Shown: positions 61,466 through 64,000 of the stretch, in pieces
Numbering within the stretch: position 1 is the stretch's first letter
How the letters are laid out: the number at the start of each line of letters is the position of its first letter
DNA from: an uncultured Myxococcales bacterium
GTDB taxonomy: Bacteria > Myxococcota_A > UBA9042
Length of the DNA stretch: 64,000 nt
NCBI GenBank assembly: GCA_903896545.1
Contig: CAITYF010000204.1
Span: forward strand, 21,143 to 85,142
Reading direction: 5' to 3'
Position numbers and translations under genes: made by a program
Notes under the pieces: model-generated
Databases searched by the model: none
Told to the model about the DNA's origin: nothing
Seen by the model: only the letters and a program-made list of their open reading frames with translations

Positions 61466-61494
61466 TGTATACCCGATACGGTGCTTTGAGTCAA
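61466..61494 (-). promoter_or_regulatory. sigma70 promoter of the tRNA-tuf operon
   Basis: Minus strand TTGACT-17 nt-TATACA, followed by a GC-rich hairpin. Confidence 0.65.
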
Positions 61495-61524
61495 GGCTTT
61501 CGATCTGTTGCAGCCGCGGAAATG

Positions 61525-62643
61525 TCACGCGGGAGCCGCTTGACTCCCGCGAACCATCGCCATCGTGAGCGTCGCGAACGCCGACACGTTCAGCGACGGC
61601 ATCTGTTCCGGACCTGCGAGGGTGACGAGTTGATCGCAGTTTTTGCGCACCAGCGGCCGGATACCAGAGCCTTCTGCACCCAGCACGAGGGCTGTTGCCT
61701 TGGCCCATTTGTACGTGCGCAAATCACCAGTTGCGCCGTCCAGCGCGGTGCCGACGACTTCGACGCCGCGGTCGCGCAGGCTGCCCAGCGTCCGCGCAAG
61801 ATTGACGACCTGGACAACTGGAACTGACGCCGCGCCGCCTTCCGCGATGCGCTCCACAAGTGGCGTCACTTCCGCCGATCGGTCTTGCGGCAAAATGACC
61901 GCTGTGACGCGGAAGAACGCGGCACTCCGCAGAATTGCACCCAAATTGCGCGGATCGGTGATGCTGTCGAGGCACACGATGAGCGTGCCATCGGCGGGAC
62001 CAGCGAGCGGCATGATGCGCTCCAGATCGGCGTACTCGAACGGCGTGACGCGCACAGCCACACCTTGCGGGTTGCCCTGCTCATGCTCAAAGCCATGCGG
62101 CGGCTCAGTTTCCACGCGCACCTTCGCGGTTTGCGCGAGTTCCTGAAGCCGCGCTCGCACGCGCGCGTCGGTCGCCCACAGATACAGCGCCTGTACGCGT
62201 TTGGGCTGCCAGCGCAGGAGCGCCTCGACCGCGTGCAAACCGCTGACCACGTCAGGCGGCGGCGCCTGGCGGTCCTCGCGACGCTGCGGACGATTCTCGC
62301 GCGGCAACTGGCTACGCGACGTCAGGGTCGTCGGACGATCAAAACGCGGACGGTCGCGGCTCGGTGGACCATCGCCTCGCGGGCGGTCGCCCTGAGGTCG
62401 GTCCTGACGTGGACGGTCGTTGTACGGGCGGTCATCGCGCGGTCGGTCGTTGTATTGGCGTTCCGGCTGCTGCGGCGGCGGTTCCTGACGCGGCGGACGG
62501 TCTTCCGGACGGCGGCGCACGGCGCTCGGGTGCGGTTGGTTGCCCGCTGGACGCTGCGGCGGCCGCGGCGTCGGGCGCTCAAAACGGGAACGGCCGTCTT
62601 GCGGCTGGCGATCGTCAGGCGGCAGATCATCGCGATTGGACAT
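61525..62643 (-). CDS. rlmB: 23S rRNA (Gm2251) methyltransferase RlmB-like, with a low-complexity N-terminal extension
   Basis: GLHAVEALL, CLDSITDPRNLGAILRSA, LVLGAEGSGI, SLNVS; ~125-aa R/D/P/Q-rich N-terminus. Confidence 0.8.
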   Translation of the reverse strand: MSNRDDLPPDDRQPQDGRSRFERPTPRPPQRPAGNQPHPSAVRRRPEDRPPRQEPPPQQPERQYNDRPRDDRPYNDRPRQDRPQGDRPRGDGPPSRDRPRFDRPTTLTSRSQLPRENRPQRREDRQAPPPDVVSGLHAVEALLRWQPKRVQALYLWATDARVRARLQELAQTAKVRVETEPPHGFEHEQGNPQGVAVRVTPFEYADLERIMPLAGPADGTLIVCLDSITDPRNLGAILRSAAFFRVTAVILPQDRSAEVTPLVERIAEGGAASVPVVQVVNLARTLGSLRDRGVEVVGTALDGATGDLRTYKWAKATALVLGAEGSGIRPLVRKNCDQLVTLAGPEQMPSLNVSAFATLTMAMVRGSQAAPA

Positions 62644-63340
62644 GAGACTCTCCAGAAGCAGCGATTTCTGCTAGTATTTGTTCTGCAGCAGCACGTGGAT
62701 CAGCCGCGGAAAGGATGGGACGGCCCACAACCAGGACGGTCGCGCCCGCCGCTGCGGCTTCGCGGGCCGTTGCGGTGCGGGCTTGATCGTCGCCACCGGC
62801 GGTCGCACGAATCCCCGGAACCACGCGCACAAAGGACTTCGGGAAATCCCGCGTCAAGTGCAGCTCGTGCGGCGACATCACCGCGCCAGCCAGCCCGCAG
62901 TCGCGCGCCAACTGCAGCCGCTTGGCCACGGTCGACTGCAAGTCGCCATCGATGCCGATCTGCGGCAAGTCGGCCGGACTCAGGCTCGTCAAGACGGAAA
63001 CGGCCACGACACGCGTTCTGCCGCGCGCGCTCTCCGCCGCCGCTTCCAGCATCGCGCGCCCGCCCGCGGCGTGAACCGTCAGCAGCGCCACGTCGAGTTT
63101 GGCAGCAGCAGCCACCGCCAATCCGACCTGGTGTGGAATGTCGTGGAACTTCAGGTCGAGAAAGACCTCAAAGCCCGCCATCCGCATGTGGTGCACGATC
63201 GACGGGCCGACGGCCGTGTACAGCGACAGCCCGACCTTGGCCAGCACGGGCAGCCCGTGCAGTTGGTCGAGGATCGGTTCGAGCGGCTCAACGCTCGTTC
63301 CGTCCAGCGCAATCGCCAGCCGCGGCAGCGGGTTCATCAT
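62627..63340 (-). CDS. pyrF: Orotidine-5'-phosphate decarboxylase
   Basis: FLDLKFHDIPHQV, TVHAAGG, VSVLTS, VPGIR, VVGRPI. Confidence 0.97.
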   Translation of the reverse strand: MMNPLPRLAIALDGTSVEPLEPILDQLHGLPVLAKVGLSLYTAVGPSIVHHMRMAGFEVFLDLKFHDIPHQVGLAVAAAAKLDVALLTVHAAGGRAMLEAAAESARGRTRVVAVSVLTSLSPADLPQIGIDGDLQSTVAKRLQLARDCGLAGAVMSPHELHLTRDFPKSFVRVVPGIRATAGGDDQARTATAREAAAAGATVLVVGRPILSAADPRAAAEQILAEIAASGESHVQSR

Positions 63341-64000
63341 GCGGCACCCAGCTCAATCGGCTTGCCACCGCGCGCCGTCTCAATCGCCTGCTTCACGCGC
63401 GACACAAGACCGGCAACCGGCAATTCCAAGCGCTGACCGGTCTTGCGGATCTTCACTTCCACAATACCTTCGGCCGCTTTGCGACCGACGATGATCTGTA
63501 GCGGGTAACCGATCAAATCAGCATCCGCAAATTTCACGCCGGGCCGCTCTTCGCGATCGTCCAGCAGGACGTCGATGTTGGCGTCCTGTAGCTCGACGTA
63601 CAGCTTCTCCGCCAGATCGGACGGATCGACCGCCAGCACGGCCACTTCAAACGGCGCGATCGACACTGGCCACTGAATACCACGCGCGTCGTTGTTCTGT
63701 TCGATGGCCGCGGACAGGATGCGCGAGACGCCAATGCCGTAGCAGCCCATCTCGAACGGCTTCTCGACGCTGTCCTGATCCAGGAACGTCGCGTTCATCG
63801 ACTTGCTGTACTTCTGGCCGAGGTAGAACACGTGGCCGACCTCGATGCCCTTGAACGCGCGGAGCTTACCCGTGCACCGTGGGCACGGATCGCCCGGCAA
63901 CGCCATCCGCAGGTCCGCGTAGGTCGCGTTAGCCAAGTCGCGCGCGGGCACGATGTCAACGGTGTGCTTCTGCTTCTCGTTCGCACCCGCGACAGCGCGC
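63337..64000 (-). CDS. proS: Proline-tRNA ligase, C-terminal part (5' end beyond the window)
   Basis: KGIEVGHVFYLGQKYS, MGCYGIGVSR, WPVSIAPF, DDREERPGVKFADADLIG. Confidence 0.96.
   Translation of the reverse strand, partial: RAVAGANEKQKHTVDIVPARDLANATYADLRMALPGDPCPRCTGKLRAFKGIEVGHVFYLGQKYSKSMNATFLDQDSVEKPFEMGCYGIGVSRILSAAIEQNNDARGIQWPVSIAPFEVAVLAVDPSDLAEKLYVELQDANIDVLLDDREERPGVKFADADLIGYPLQIIVGRKAAEGIVEVKIRKTGQRLELPVAGLVSRVKQAIETARGGKPIELGAA

Overview
GC-rich bacterial chromosomal segment. A Myxococcota/deltaproteobacterial origin is inferred from the gene repertoire: Ser/Thr kinase-TPR protein, giant Cys/Asp-rich repeat lipoprotein, HEAT-repeat M1 peptidase. Most of the window is housekeeping: gpsA-rimM-trmD-SPOUT-rplS; a His/Arg/Lys/Leu tRNA cluster followed by tig-clpP-clpX-arfB; alaS; deoB; an orphan nuoB; and the minus-strand operon proS(partial)-pyrF-rlmB / tRNA Thr-Tyr-Gly-Thr-tuf-rpmG-tRNA Trp-secE-nusG-rplKAJL-rpoB-rpoC. 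I found no integrase, transposase, prophage or CRISPR array, and no single multi-gene system stands out as clearly new. The strongest oddities are: (1) a ~235-aa internally duplicated insertion in RNA polymerase beta, plus extra sequence in beta'; (2) a divergent EF-Tu preceded by tandem GAAA-hairpin repeats; (3) an MNT-HEPN toxin-antitoxin cassette bracketed by a 58-bp duplication of the rpoC terminator, next to a lipoprotein NuiA-like nuclease inhibitor; (4) a secreted protein whose C-terminal domain resembles a coral skeletal-matrix protein family; (5) a radical-SAM-like/DUF483-like fusion lacking CxxxCxxC; (6) a DUF309-MocA-like fusion beside xdhC. All family assignments come from motif recognition by eye and from memory; no database search was run. 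Start codons were re-picked by eye where the ORF track over-extends.
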